Made by a program: the position numbers and the translations under genes. A stretch of DNA of 64,000 nt from Nannocystis bainbridge (GTDB lineage: Bacteria > Myxococcota_A > Polyangia > Nannocystales > Nannocystaceae), in NCBI RefSeq assembly GCF_028368995.1, contig NZ_JAQNDL010000002.1:1408001-1472000 (forward strand), written 5' to 3'. Below are positions 10,008 to 20,334 of this stretch, in pieces; position 1 is the stretch's first letter, and the number at the start of each line of letters is the position of its first letter. The notes beneath the pieces were generated by a model. That model did no database searches. It was not told the origin of the DNA and saw nothing but the letters and a program-made list of their open reading frames with translations.

Positions 10008-10874
10008 ATGGCGAATTCGTCTTCCAAGGACGTGATCCTGGGGATCGCCGGCAAGGAGCTGCGCAGCTTCCTCGGCAACCCGACGGGCTACGTGTTCCTC
10101 ACCCTGTTCATCGCCCTGTGCGCCGGCGCGGCGTTCTGGCCGCGCGAGTTCTTCGACCGCAACCTGGCGGACCTGGCGACGCTCAACCGGCAGATGCCGC
10201 TGATCCTGATGCTGTTCGTGCCGGCGATCACGATGACGCTGTGGGCCGACGAGCGGCGCGCGGGCACCGACGAGCTGCTGCTGACGCTGCCGGTGCGCGA
10301 CACCGAGGTGGTGCTCGGCAAGTTCCTCGGCGCCGTCGGGGTGCTGTCGATCGGGCTGGTGTTCAGCCTCGCCAACGTCGGCGTGCTGGCCTACCTCGGC
10401 GAGCCCGACGTCGGCCTGATGTTCTCGACGTTCCTCGGCTACTGGCTGATGGGCACCCTGTTCGTGGCGGTCGGCATGATCGGCTCGCTGCTGACGACCA
10501 ACGTCACGGTCGCGTTCGTGCTCGGGGTGCTGGCCTGCGCCGCGTTCGCGCTGGCACAGTCGGTGGCCATCGGCGGCGGCGTCATCGGCATCGCGCTGCT
10601 CGCGGGCCTGGCGTCGCTCGGCTGGCTGGTTTCGTTCGGCTCCGGCATCCACGCCGGCTACGCGGCGCTGGTCGGCGCGTTCATCGGCGTGGTGCTGTGG
10701 CTCGGCGACGTGGTGCCGGGCTTCACCGGCCTGTTCGGGGCCTTCGACGCGCCGTCGCACTTCGCCAGCTTCGGCGAGGGCGTCATCCGCCTCGGCGACG
10801 TCGTGTTCTTCATCGGCGGCACGGCCGTCGCGCTCTACCTGTGCGGTCTTCTGCTGTCTCGGAGGCACTGGTGA
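10008..10874 (+). CDS. ABC-2 permease (GldF-like)
   Basis: PAITMTLWADERRAGTDELLLTLP...VLGKF motif; multiple TM helices; operon position. Confidence 0.9.
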   Translation: MANSSSKDVILGIAGKELRSFLGNPTGYVFLTLFIALCAGAAFWPREFFDRNLADLATLNRQMPLILMLFVPAITMTLWADERRAGTDELLLTLPVRDTEVVLGKFLGAVGVLSIGLVFSLANVGVLAYLGEPDVGLMFSTFLGYWLMGTLFVAVGMIGSLLTTNVTVAFVLGVLACAAFALAQSVAIGGGVIGIALLAGLASLGWLVSFGSGIHAGYAALVGAFIGVVLWLGDVVPGFTGLFGAFDAPSHFASFGEGVIRLGDVVFFIGGTAVALYLCGLLLSRRHW

Positions 10875-12826
10875 TGCACCCGCGCGTCCATCGTTTCATC
10901 CGCTTCGCGTCGATCGCCGTCACGGCGGTCTCGCTGACCTACATGGCCCAGCGCGCCAACGTGCGCGCCGACGTCACCGCCGAGAAGCTCAACCAGGTCA
11001 CCCCGGCCACCCGCGATCTCATCGACGCGGTCACGCCCGAGCGGCCGGTGGCGATCCACGCGTTCGTGTCGCGCGAGGTCCCGCGCGACTACGTGACGGT
11101 GCGCGCGCGCCTGCTGTCGGTGCTGCGCGAAATGGAGGCCCGCGGCACGGCCGGCCTGACGGTCCGCATCGTCGAGCCGTCGTCGTTCTCCGACGAGGCG
11201 GTCGAGGCCGAGGAGAAGTACGGCATCCGCCCGCAGGTGGTGGCCAACCGCGACGGCGACCGCGTGCAGGAGATGCAGGTGTTCCTCGGCGTGGCCGTGA
11301 CGAGCGGGCCGCACGAGCAGACCATCCCGTTCATCGATCGCGGCATGTCGCCCGAGTACGAGCTGGTCCGGGCGCTGCGCACGGTCTCGCAGGAGAAGAA
11401 GAAGGTGGTCGGGGTGCTGCGCACCGACGCGACCATCATGGGCAACTTCGACCTGCAGGCGCGCAAGCAGCAGCCGGCCTGGCGCGTCATCGCCGAGCTG
11501 AAGAAGCAGTACGAGGTCCGCAGCCTCAACCCCGGCGCCGAGATCCCGAAGGACGTCGACGTCCTGCTGGTGCCGCAGATGAGCAGCATGACCGCGCCGC
11601 AGCTCGAGCACCTCAAGAAGTACGTCGACGAGGGCCGCCCGGCGCTGCTGACCGTCGACCCGATGCCGCTGTTCGACATGCGGCTGTCGCCGAGCGAGCC
11701 GATGCTGCCGCCCCCGGGCCAGAACCAGGGGATGATGTTCGGCATGCAGGACCAGGGCGGGGAGCCGAAGGGCGACTACCTCGGGTTCCTCGAGAAGCTC
11801 GGCGTGACGTGGGAGTCGGACAAGATCGTGTTCGACAGCGACAACCCGCACCCGCGGTTCGCCGGCAGCCCGCCGCAGGTGGTGTTCGTGACCGAGCGGC
11901 CCGACGGCACCAAGCCGTTCAATGGCCAGGATCCGGTGGTCTCCGGCATCAACGAGGTCGTGGTCCTGTTCGGCGGCGCGATCAAGCCGGCGGCCGGGTT
12001 CGAGGCCCAGTTCGTGCCGCTGCTGCAGACGGGCACGCGCGGCGGCTTCAACAAGTTCGAGGAGATGACCGAGCGGCACATGCTGTTCGGGCTCCAGGGG
12101 CCGATCCTGCCGCGTCAGCGCAAGATCTCGGGCGTCAACGAGGTCATCGCGGCCCACGTCACCGGCGGCGAGAGCTCGGGCGAGGGCAAGGGCAAGAACG
12201 TGATCGTGGTCGCCGACCTCGACATCTTCGGCGACCAGTTCTTCGTGCTCAACGAGCGCGGCGGCGACCTCGACGGCGACGGCATCGACGACCTGCGGTT
12301 CGACAACGTCACGTTCCTGCTCAACGCGATCGACTCGCTGACCGGCGACGCCGGCCTCGTCGAGCTGCGCGGGCGCAAGGCGCAGTACCGCCGCATGACG
12401 AAGATGGACGCGCTGACGAAGGAGGCCGACGACAAGCGCAACGCCGAGATCGAGGCCGCCAACGCCAAGGCCGAGATCGAGCTCAAGGGCGCCCAGGAGG
12501 CCCTCGACGCCGCGGTCAAGAAGATCCAGGACGACGCCTCCCTCGACGAGACGACCAAGGCCGTCCTGCTCAAGAGCCGCGAGGAGGCCGAGAACCGGCG
12601 CCTGGCGGCCAAGCGCGAGACGATCGAGCGCGACAAGGCGCGCGCGCTCAAGGCCACCGAGAACGAGCGCGACAAGGCGGTCGAGTCGGTGCGCGCGAAG
12701 GTCCGCCTGATCGCCAGCACGACGCCGCTGCTGCTCCCGATCCTGCTCGGCTTCGGCGTCTGGATGCGCAAGCGCGGCCGCGAGGCCGATTCGATCCCGA
12801 GCTCCCGCAAGCGAGGTGCCGCATGA
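10874..12826 (+). CDS. GldG-like ABC auxiliary component
   Basis: TGATG overlap with the upstream gene; N- and C-terminal TM helices; NVTFLLNAIDSL...LVELR motif; C-terminal coiled coil. Confidence 0.85.
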   Translation: MHPRVHRFIRFASIAVTAVSLTYMAQRANVRADVTAEKLNQVTPATRDLIDAVTPERPVAIHAFVSREVPRDYVTVRARLLSVLREMEARGTAGLTVRIVEPSSFSDEAVEAEEKYGIRPQVVANRDGDRVQEMQVFLGVAVTSGPHEQTIPFIDRGMSPEYELVRALRTVSQEKKKVVGVLRTDATIMGNFDLQARKQQPAWRVIAELKKQYEVRSLNPGAEIPKDVDVLLVPQMSSMTAPQLEHLKKYVDEGRPALLTVDPMPLFDMRLSPSEPMLPPPGQNQGMMFGMQDQGGEPKGDYLGFLEKLGVTWESDKIVFDSDNPHPRFAGSPPQVVFVTERPDGTKPFNGQDPVVSGINEVVVLFGGAIKPAAGFEAQFVPLLQTGTRGGFNKFEEMTERHMLFGLQGPILPRQRKISGVNEVIAAHVTGGESSGEGKGKNVIVVADLDIFGDQFFVLNERGGDLDGDGIDDLRFDNVTFLLNAIDSLTGDAGLVELRGRKAQYRRMTKMDALTKEADDKRNAEIEAANAKAEIELKGAQEALDAAVKKIQDDASLDETTKAVLLKSREEAENRRLAAKRETIERDKARALKATENERDKAVESVRAKVRLIASTTPLLLPILLGFGVWMRKRGREADSIPSSRKRGAA

Positions 12827-14148
12827 ACCGCACGACCATCCTGACCGCCGTCGTCGCGCTCGCCAGCCTCGGCGGCGCCCTGGCGATGCGCCCGGGACCT
12901 GCCCCGCAGGTCAGCTACGAAGACACCGGCCAGCCGCTGTTCCCGAGCTTCACCGATCCGTCGCAGGCCGCGAGCCTCGAGGTGATCGGCTGGGACGAGA
13001 CGGGGGCCCGCAACACGTCGTTCAAGGTCGAGCTCAAGGACGGTCGCTGGACCATCCCGAGTCACAACGACTACCCGGCCGACGGCACCGAGCGCATGGG
13101 CAAGGCGGCGGCGTCCTTCATCGACGTGAAGAAGGACATCTACCGCGGCGACCGGCCCGAGGATCAGTCGAGCTTCGGCCTCGACGATCCGACCGACGCC
13201 AACGCCAAGGAGCGCGGGCAGCGGATCACGATCAAGGACGCGTCCGGCACGGTGCTTTCCGACGTCATCGTCGGCAAGAAGGTCGAGGACAAGGAGGGCT
13301 ACCGCTACGTCCGCCTGCCCGACCAGAAGCGCGTGTACGCGGTCAAGATCGACGTCGACATCTCGACCAACTTCACCGACTGGATCGAGAAGGACCTGCT
13401 GCTGATCGAGCAGGACCAGGTCGTGTCGTTCATGAGCGACACGTACAAGGTCGACGAGAGCCAGGGCAAGGTCACCGGCAGCGACCCGCTGCTGGTCAAG
13501 AAGGACGCGGCCGATCCGGAGGGCTCGTGGCTGCTGGGCGAGGGCTCGACGGCGATCGCCGGCAAGGAGCTCGACCCGTTCAAGGTCAAGCAGGCGATCA
13601 GCGGCCTCGACCGCCTGCAGATCGTCGGCGTGCGCCCGCGGCCGGAGATGCTGACGTTGCAGGCGCTGCAGTCGAAGGGCTTCTTCGTCACGCGCGACGG
13701 CTCGCGCCTCTACGGCAACGAGGGCGAGGTCAAGGCCATCTGCGACGACGGCGTGGTCTACAGCCTCTACTTCGGCGAGGTGACGTACGACTCGGGCCTG
13801 GCGCTGACGGCCGGGCAGGAGGGCGCGGAGGCAGCGGCGCCCAAGCCCGAGGACGAGGCGGCGGCCAAGAAGGACGCCAACCGCTACATGTTCGTCGACG
13901 TGTTCTACGACCCGACGCTCGACGCCCAGGCGACCGCGGGGGCGAACCCCGACGACGCGCCGGGGGCGAAGCGGGCCAAGCAGCTGTCGGCGCGCTTCGG
14001 CAAGTGGTTCTATGTGATCTCCGACGCGAGCTTCAAACAGATCCGCAAGCCCAAGGTCGAGTTCTTCAAGGACGCGCCGGCCGGCAGCGGCGCGGCGCCG
14101 GCGAGCCCCGCGGCGCCGGCGAAAAAGCCGGCAGCGCCGAACAAGTAG
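12823..14148 (+). CDS. DUF4340-like periplasmic protein
   Basis: ATGA overlap; N-terminal TM; W...YPAD, FGLDDP and YVR motifs; usual fourth gene of gldAFG-like operons. Confidence 0.8.
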   Translation: MNRTTILTAVVALASLGGALAMRPGPAPQVSYEDTGQPLFPSFTDPSQAASLEVIGWDETGARNTSFKVELKDGRWTIPSHNDYPADGTERMGKAAASFIDVKKDIYRGDRPEDQSSFGLDDPTDANAKERGQRITIKDASGTVLSDVIVGKKVEDKEGYRYVRLPDQKRVYAVKIDVDISTNFTDWIEKDLLLIEQDQVVSFMSDTYKVDESQGKVTGSDPLLVKKDAADPEGSWLLGEGSTAIAGKELDPFKVKQAISGLDRLQIVGVRPRPEMLTLQALQSKGFFVTRDGSRLYGNEGEVKAICDDGVVYSLYFGEVTYDSGLALTAGQEGAEAAAPKPEDEAAAKKDANRYMFVDVFYDPTLDAQATAGANPDDAPGAKRAKQLSARFGKWFYVISDASFKQIRKPKVEFFKDAPAGSGAAPASPAAPAKKPAAPNK

Positions 14149-14336
14149 TCCGCCCCGAGTCGGCGGAACGCGAGTTCGCGGCCGAAGAAAACGGCCGCAA
14201 GCGGCCTCAGACAGCCCGGCGGCGCCTGCCCCCGGGCTGTGTGCATTTGCGCGCCGGGCGCCCGGGCCGGCGCAGTGAGGTGGTCTGGATCGGTTGTCAT
14301 CGCCGGCCGGCGCGGGCATAAGTCGCATGGCGACGC

Positions 14337-16484
14337 ATGGGTAGCGAAGCTGAAGAGGAGCCCTCCAGACCTCGCCTCTCCTGGCGCGAGGGCTTCTATC
14401 TCGTCGGTCCGCAGCCGCTCAGCACGCCTTACTTCGTGTCGGGCTTCCTGCTGGCGGCGGGCGTCGGCTACGCGACGCCGGTGGTGCAGGTCGGCCTCTA
14501 CGTGCTGCTGCTGCTGCTCGCGCCGCTGTACATCGAGGCGGTGCTGCTGACGCTGTCGAACGGCGGCACGTACATGATGACCCGCTACGCGCTCGGCCAC
14601 CTCGGCAAGCTGGCCGTGGCGGCGTCGGCGTTCGTCGGCGTGATCATCTCGATCTCGTACGCGGTGTCGACCCTGGCGTGTCTGCTGGCCTACGGGGCCC
14701 ACATCACGGCGCTCAGCCAGGTGGTCCTCGGGACAGGTACGATCGGCGTGGTCGGGCTGTCGGCGCTGCCGGCGATCGGCTTCGGGATCTGGGTCACGCC
14801 GGGAGAGTGGCGCTACGTGGCGCTGCGTCAGAGCCTCATCGCCTTCGCCGCGCTGCTGTTCTCCGCGGTGGTGCCGGATCCGATCGTCGCCACCTTCGCG
14901 CCGATCGGGCTGCTCCTGCGCCTCAACAACCTCGGGCTCAAGCCGAGCGTGCGGGTGTCGAAGGCGATCTTCCTCGTCAACCTGATCATCATCGGCGCGA
15001 CGATCGTGGCCGGCTACGTGTGCCTGGCGCTGCAGGGGTTCGACGCGACGGCGGTGTGGTCGGGCTACGGCCAGGCGGCGCCGGCGGTGCCGCTCGACGC
15101 GACGTTCGACATCGGCATCATCCCCGGGCTGGCGATGCTTTCGGCGCCGATCCTGCTGGCGGGGGTCGGCAACGGGGTGCTGAGCGCGACCGGGGTCGAG
15201 ACGGTGATGAACATCCCGGAGGAGCTCGAGAACCCGCAGCGCGACGTGCCGAAGATCTACTGGGCGATGCTGCTGACGCTGCTGGTCGTCGGCGGGTCGC
15301 TGGCGCTGCAGGTGTTTTTGCTGCTGCCGCCCGAGGTGCTGTTATCGCGCAGCGGCGACCTGGTCGGCGCGCTGGGCTACCACGTCGGCTTCTCGCTGAC
15401 GGGGGTGTCGGGCGTCGGTGGGGCGTGGCAGGCGGCGCTGGTGGCGAGCGCGGCGCTGATGCTGATCGGGGCGGTCAACGCCGGGTTCGCCGGGTCGCGC
15501 GGGCTGTGGCTGGCGATGACGCGCGACAACCTGCTGCCGCGCGCGCTCATCACTCCCAACTGGCGCGGGGCGCTGGCGCGGCTGCACTGGCTGCTGCTGG
15601 CCGGCGCGGCGCTGCTCGGCTCGCAGTCGGACTGGAACCCGCTGTCGCTCGATCGCTGGCACAAGGCGATGTTCGGCCTGGTGATGTTCTCGGGGATGGC
15701 GGCGTTCATCCTCCTGCGCAAGTTCAAGGGCGAGGAGCGGCGGGTCTACACCGCGCCGTGGAACATCTCGGTGCTCGGCACGCGCGTGCCGGTGGCGGCG
15801 TTCCTCGGGGTGTCGGCGCTGAGCTACGCGCTGCTGAGCCTGTGGGCCGCCAGCAGCTCGCACCTCGAGGAGCTGCGCACGCTGGTGTGGGTGGTGCTGG
15901 TGCTGGTCGGGTCGGTGGTGCTGGTCTATAACCACCGGCCGCTGATCCGCGGCGGCTACCGCTACGTCCGCCGGGTGCTCGAGACGGTCGAGTCGACGGT
16001 GATCGACCCGCAGCAGCGCACGGTGGTGGTCGCCGTCGGCGGGGTCCGGGTCGGCCGCCTGGTGTCCAAGGCGATCGATCTGGCGCACCAGCAGAGCCGC
16101 ACGACCGGGATCCCGTACCGCCAGGTGGTCGTGTTCCACATGACCAAGGGCGTGCGCAGCGAGTTCGTCTACCGCATCACCCAGGACTCGATCCGCCCCG
16201 AGGGCATCGAGGGCGGCACGGTCCGGATCTTCACGGAGCTGACCGAGATCGCGCCGAAGGACCTCGACCTGTACCTGGCCCTGGTGCCGCACAAGCAGAC
16301 GCCCGCGCACAAGAGCGTGCTACACGCGGCGTTCGACGCGCTGGTCCGCTTCCACGAGGCCCACAGCTTCAAGGGCCACATGACGATGATCGGGACCTAC
16401 GGGGTGCGGCCGGCCGACATCGAGGAGCTGCAGACGCGGCTCAAAGACACGACGCTGGTGCCGGTGCCGCTGTTCGACGACTGA
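14337..16484 (+). CDS. APC-family permease with cytoplasmic C-terminal domain (KimA/YdaO-like)
   Basis: NGGTY, ATGVETVMN and RDNLLP motifs; more than 12 TM helices; soluble alpha/beta tail. Confidence 0.8.
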   Translation: MGSEAEEEPSRPRLSWREGFYLVGPQPLSTPYFVSGFLLAAGVGYATPVVQVGLYVLLLLLAPLYIEAVLLTLSNGGTYMMTRYALGHLGKLAVAASAFVGVIISISYAVSTLACLLAYGAHITALSQVVLGTGTIGVVGLSALPAIGFGIWVTPGEWRYVALRQSLIAFAALLFSAVVPDPIVATFAPIGLLLRLNNLGLKPSVRVSKAIFLVNLIIIGATIVAGYVCLALQGFDATAVWSGYGQAAPAVPLDATFDIGIIPGLAMLSAPILLAGVGNGVLSATGVETVMNIPEELENPQRDVPKIYWAMLLTLLVVGGSLALQVFLLLPPEVLLSRSGDLVGALGYHVGFSLTGVSGVGGAWQAALVASAALMLIGAVNAGFAGSRGLWLAMTRDNLLPRALITPNWRGALARLHWLLLAGAALLGSQSDWNPLSLDRWHKAMFGLVMFSGMAAFILLRKFKGEERRVYTAPWNISVLGTRVPVAAFLGVSALSYALLSLWAASSSHLEELRTLVWVVLVLVGSVVLVYNHRPLIRGGYRYVRRVLETVESTVIDPQQRTVVVAVGGVRVGRLVSKAIDLAHQQSRTTGIPYRQVVVFHMTKGVRSEFVYRITQDSIRPEGIEGGTVRIFTELTEIAPKDLDLYLALVPHKQTPAHKSVLHAAFDALVRFHEAHSFKGHMTMIGTYGVRPADIEELQTRLKDTTLVPVPLFDD

Positions 16485-16565
16485 GTCGGATGGTCGTTCG
16501 GACATGCCCGAGAGGGCATGTTCGAAGGGGCATGTCCGCACGGACATGCCCGCAAGGACACGCCG
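16485..16565. repeat. 14-bp-period palindromic array filling a convergent intergenic gap
   Basis: Cores at 16489, 16503, 16517, 16531, 16545, 16559. Confidence 0.9.
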
Positions 16566-16566
16566 A

Positions 16567-17676
16567 TCAGCGGGCGTTGGCGGCGTCGAAGAGCGGGTCG
16601 AGCTCGACGGGCGGGCCGGTGTCGGGGACGGCCATGTGGACCACGGCCTCGCCCTCGTAGCAGAGGACGCCGTGGGGCAGGGCGAGGATCCAGCCGTCAT
16701 CCTCGGCCCGCACGTCGCCGCCGGCGGGCAGCGGGCGCCCGTGGATGTCGCTCAGGGTGGCGAGGCGGTCGCCGACGCGCACGAGGTCGCCGGGCTCGAC
16801 GTGGTAGTGGACGATGCCGGTGGCGCGGGCGCGGGGCACGAGCGCGCGCATGGCCGGGAACGCGACCCGCGGGATCGGGATGCCGACGAGCGGCTCGATC
16901 GCGCCAGGCAACATGCCGGCGCCGCGCAGGACGTTGAGGCAGGCGCCGATGCCGGCCTGACGCGCGGCAGGATCGACGGCGCCGGTGAGGCCGAGCTCGA
17001 CGGTGATCGCAGGGATGCCCGCCTGCAGCAGGGCGGTGCCGCTGACTGAACGATGAAGCCGCGCCTGCAGGTAGCGGTCGCTCGGAATCTCGCCGACGAC
17101 CGGCAGGCCGCTCCAGGCGCACAGGGCGTCGAGCCGCTCGGCGAGCTCGCGCGCGGCCGGCAGCTCCTCGGGGCGGCGGTAGAGGACGCGATCGCGGATG
17201 ATGAAGCAGCAGGCGCGCAGGCCGTAGCAGTGCAGGTCGACCAGGAAATCGGCGTGGCGCACCTCGGCGAACAGGCGCGCGTAGCCGGCCTCGAGCACGG
17301 CCGGGTGATCGCTGCCCTGGCCGGGCTCGGGCGGGAAGTCGGGGAACAGGCGGTTGGGGTCGCGCCGGTCGAGGTAGGAGACGCGCTGGCGAGCGTGCAG
17401 GCCGGCGGGGTTGAGGCTGGGGACGGCGACGAGGGTGCCGCGCAGCTTGTCGGCGAGGTCGAGCTCGAGCAGGCCGTGCACGACGGACAGGCCGGTGACC
17501 TCGTCGCCGTGGATGTTGGCGGTGATCCACACGGTCGGTCCGGGCTCGCGGCCCTGGACGAGGACGATGGGGAGCCGCTCGAGGTGGCCAGTCGGCAAAG
17601 TGGCGAGCTCGAACCAACCGTGCGCGAGCTCGCCAGGGACGGCGACGACGTCGCCGAGCGCGAAGGGGGCCGTCAT
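16567..17676 (-). CDS. Succinylglutamate desuccinylase/aspartoacylase (M14) family protein
   Basis: HGDE, DPNRLFP, DLH and TVELG motifs; C-terminal biotinyl-like barrel. Confidence 0.9.
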   Translation of the reverse strand: MTAPFALGDVVAVPGELAHGWFELATLPTGHLERLPIVLVQGREPGPTVWITANIHGDEVTGLSVVHGLLELDLADKLRGTLVAVPSLNPAGLHARQRVSYLDRRDPNRLFPDFPPEPGQGSDHPAVLEAGYARLFAEVRHADFLVDLHCYGLRACCFIIRDRVLYRRPEELPAARELAERLDALCAWSGLPVVGEIPSDRYLQARLHRSVSGTALLQAGIPAITVELGLTGAVDPAARQAGIGACLNVLRGAGMLPGAIEPLVGIPIPRVAFPAMRALVPRARATGIVHYHVEPGDLVRVGDRLATLSDIHGRPLPAGGDVRAEDDGWILALPHGVLCYEGEAVVHMAVPDTGPPVELDPLFDAANAR

Positions 17677-17693
17677 GCGGATAAGAGTGTGCC

Positions 17694-20237
17694 TCAGCCG
17701 GGCTCGAGCACGAAGGGATAGCGCACAGTGACGACGCCGCCGGAGTTGCCGGGGAACCGCCAGCCCCGGGCGGCGGCGGCGATGCAGGGCGCGACGGTGT
17801 TGACGGCGAGGGTGTCCTCGGCCACATCGGCGCGGCTGACCACGCCGTTCTTCTCGATCTGGAGGTCGAGGGCGACGCGCCCGCGGAGGTTGGGGTCGCG
17901 CTGGAGGCCGCTTTCGTAGCAGGCGCGCACCTCGTTGATGTGGGCGCGGACGACCCGGCGGATGAGGTCCTGATCGAGCGAGCCCTGCACTTCGGGCTTG
18001 GCCTGGCGCACAGTGGGCACCCGCGTGCCCCGTCCGCCGAAGCCTGCGCCGGCGCCGCGACCGTAGCCGCTGCCGCTGCCGCTGCCGCCCTGGCCGGAGC
18101 TGCCGCTGGCGCGACGGTACTTCTCGCCGCTGTTGTGACCGTACCCGATGCCACCGCCACCGCCGCCGCCGCCCTGACCGATGAGACCGGTGGAGCCGAG
18201 GCCGAGGCTGCCCTCGTCACTGGGGCTCATGTCGAGGCCGAAAGGTGATTCAACGGGGATCTGCACGGTCCGCAGGGTGCCGTCGGGCTGCCTCTCGCGG
18301 CGCTCGTCGACGGCCACGAAGGCGGTGTAGTCGGTCAAGATCCGGTGCTTCACGGCGAGCGAGACGACGGCCTCCCACCGGGGGCCGAACAGCGGGCCGG
18401 GGACCTGGTTGAAGGGGTAATTGCTGAGGTCGTCGATGCGCTTCCTCGCCCACATGCTGGCGAGGCCGTCGTGCTCGTGGACGCGGGCGTCGGCGAGGCG
18501 GACCGGGAGCTCGATGTCGGCGCCGCCGAGCTTGCCGCGGATCTTGACGTTGCCGGCGAGGGCGCCGGTATAGCGGCCGTGGAGGACCAGCGGCTGGCCG
18601 GCGAACAGGTCGGGCAGCTGCGCGGGGGCGACGTCGGCGACGGCGAGGCCGCCCCAGTCGATCGAGATGTCCGTGAGGACAGGTCGATCGATGCTCTCGT
18701 AGAACTCGTCGACCACGGCCGCGGGGGCCTCGCCGGGGCCGACGACGGTGGCGGACCCGTGACCGACGCGGCCGAGGCCGTCGACGAGGAAGCGGTTGAC
18801 GCTGCTGCCGACGCCGAGCGCGAACACCCGGGCGTCGCGCCGCGCGGCCTCGAGGGCGGTAAAAATGTCGACCTCGTTGCCGATGTAGCCGTCGGTCATG
18901 AACAGCACCATGCGCAGGCGCTCGGGATCCTTGGGGGCGTCGAGCGCGGCGGCGACGCCGGTGAGCATCTCGGTGCTACCGCCGACGTTGCGCGCGTTGG
19001 CCAGGAAGTCGAGCGCGCGCTGGCGGTTGTCCTCGGTGTTGGCGACGCTGGCTGGCTCAAAGGACAGGGCGCTGCTGGCGAAGGTGATGAGGTTGAAGGT
19101 GTCGTCCTTGCGCATGCCGGCGAGGGCGCGCTCGATCGCGGCCTTGGCGGTGTCGAGCGGGGCCCCGCGCATCGATCCGGACACGTCGACGACGAACACG
19201 AGCTCGCGCGGGCGCGAGCTGCCGGCGTCGAAGCCCTGCGGCGGCTGAAGGGTGAGGGCGAAGTAGCCTTCGTTGTCACCTGTCTTTTGGGCCATGAGCT
19301 CGGCGCGCGGCTGGGGGCCGGCGAGCCGCCAGCTCAGCTCGAAGTCGCGGTCGGCCCGCGCCGGTCCGCGCGCGAGGGCGACGGAGACGCCCTGCGGGCG
19401 CTGGGTGACGGCGACGGCGTGCAGCTTGGAGGCGACGTCGGCGACCGGCAGGGTGGTGTCGATGTCGACGGCGATCTCGACGGGCACGCAGGAGTCGACG
19501 CCGGCGGGCAGCACGGGCGGGGTGATGCGCGAGGCGTCGGCGACAGCGCCGGGCGGACTGTAGCGCGGACCGACGACGGTCGGCAGCGCGAGCGAGTAAC
19601 GACCGGCGCGCTGGCGCAGCGGCTGCACGAGGTGGATCTCGACCTCGATGGTCTCGCCGGGGCCGATGTTGGTGACGGCCTGGGTGAAGAGGTTGGGCCG
19701 CTCCTGGGTGAGCAGCGCGGCGGTGCGACCGGCTTTGCGGGCCTGATCGAAGGTGCGCTGGGCCTCGGCGTAGCGCTTGAGCAGGCCGTGGATCGAGCGC
19801 GAGCCGATGCGGATCCAGTAGTCGTCGATGGCGGCGTCGTCAGGCAGCGGGAAGCTGTAGATGGCCTCGAGACGCTCGCTCCGCGGGTTGACGAAGGTCT
19901 GGGTGACGGTGGTCTCGGCGAGGGTGCCGACGACGACGGTGTCGTAGCGGATGGCCTGGAGCGGGAGACCGAGCCAGCGATCACCGGCGGCGACCATGAG
20001 CTGGCCCTGGTCGGGCTCGGCGGCGGGATCGATCGCGGTGAGCTCGGTGGGCCGCGGGCCGCTGCAAGTGGAGGCTTCGGGGCCGCTGATGTGCACCGGG
20101 CCGGGGGCCTCGGCGAGGTCGTCGGGGGTGTCGAGCTCGGGGTCGTCGCCGTCAGCGACAGGGGTACAAGCGAGAGCGAGAAGCGACCAGAACGACGAGA
20201 GCGCGAGCGGACGGACCAAGGTGCACCTCCACGACAT
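17694..20237 (-). CDS. VIT + vWA domain lipoprotein with AgmX/PglI (TonB-like) C-terminal domain
   Basis: LALAC lipobox; VIT (EAIYSFPLP, FTQAVTNI); MIDAS DVSGSM, TDG; Gly-rich linker; IRRVVRAH...CYE...WRFP...VRYPF. Confidence 0.88.
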   Translation of the reverse strand: MSWRCTLVRPLALSSFWSLLALACTPVADGDDPELDTPDDLAEAPGPVHISGPEASTCSGPRPTELTAIDPAAEPDQGQLMVAAGDRWLGLPLQAIRYDTVVVGTLAETTVTQTFVNPRSERLEAIYSFPLPDDAAIDDYWIRIGSRSIHGLLKRYAEAQRTFDQARKAGRTAALLTQERPNLFTQAVTNIGPGETIEVEIHLVQPLRQRAGRYSLALPTVVGPRYSPPGAVADASRITPPVLPAGVDSCVPVEIAVDIDTTLPVADVASKLHAVAVTQRPQGVSVALARGPARADRDFELSWRLAGPQPRAELMAQKTGDNEGYFALTLQPPQGFDAGSSRPRELVFVVDVSGSMRGAPLDTAKAAIERALAGMRKDDTFNLITFASSALSFEPASVANTEDNRQRALDFLANARNVGGSTEMLTGVAAALDAPKDPERLRMVLFMTDGYIGNEVDIFTALEAARRDARVFALGVGSSVNRFLVDGLGRVGHGSATVVGPGEAPAAVVDEFYESIDRPVLTDISIDWGGLAVADVAPAQLPDLFAGQPLVLHGRYTGALAGNVKIRGKLGGADIELPVRLADARVHEHDGLASMWARKRIDDLSNYPFNQVPGPLFGPRWEAVVSLAVKHRILTDYTAFVAVDERRERQPDGTLRTVQIPVESPFGLDMSPSDEGSLGLGSTGLIGQGGGGGGGGIGYGHNSGEKYRRASGSSGQGGSGSGSGYGRGAGAGFGGRGTRVPTVRQAKPEVQGSLDQDLIRRVVRAHINEVRACYESGLQRDPNLRGRVALDLQIEKNGVVSRADVAEDTLAVNTVAPCIAAAARGWRFPGNSGGVVTVRYPFVLEPG

Positions 20238-20334
20238 GCAGCGAGCCCGGAGACAGGGCGAGGTCGGGAAAGTTCCGGGCGCGGGTGACGACGGGCTCGC
20301 GTGCCCGAGTCGCGTATACTGAAGATCGGTGACG

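Noticed and set aside
9244-14148. Gld-like ABC operon as evidence of Bacteroidetes-type gliding
   Set aside because: gldAFG plus DUF4340 operons are widespread in non-gliding bacteria and no T9SS genes are present here
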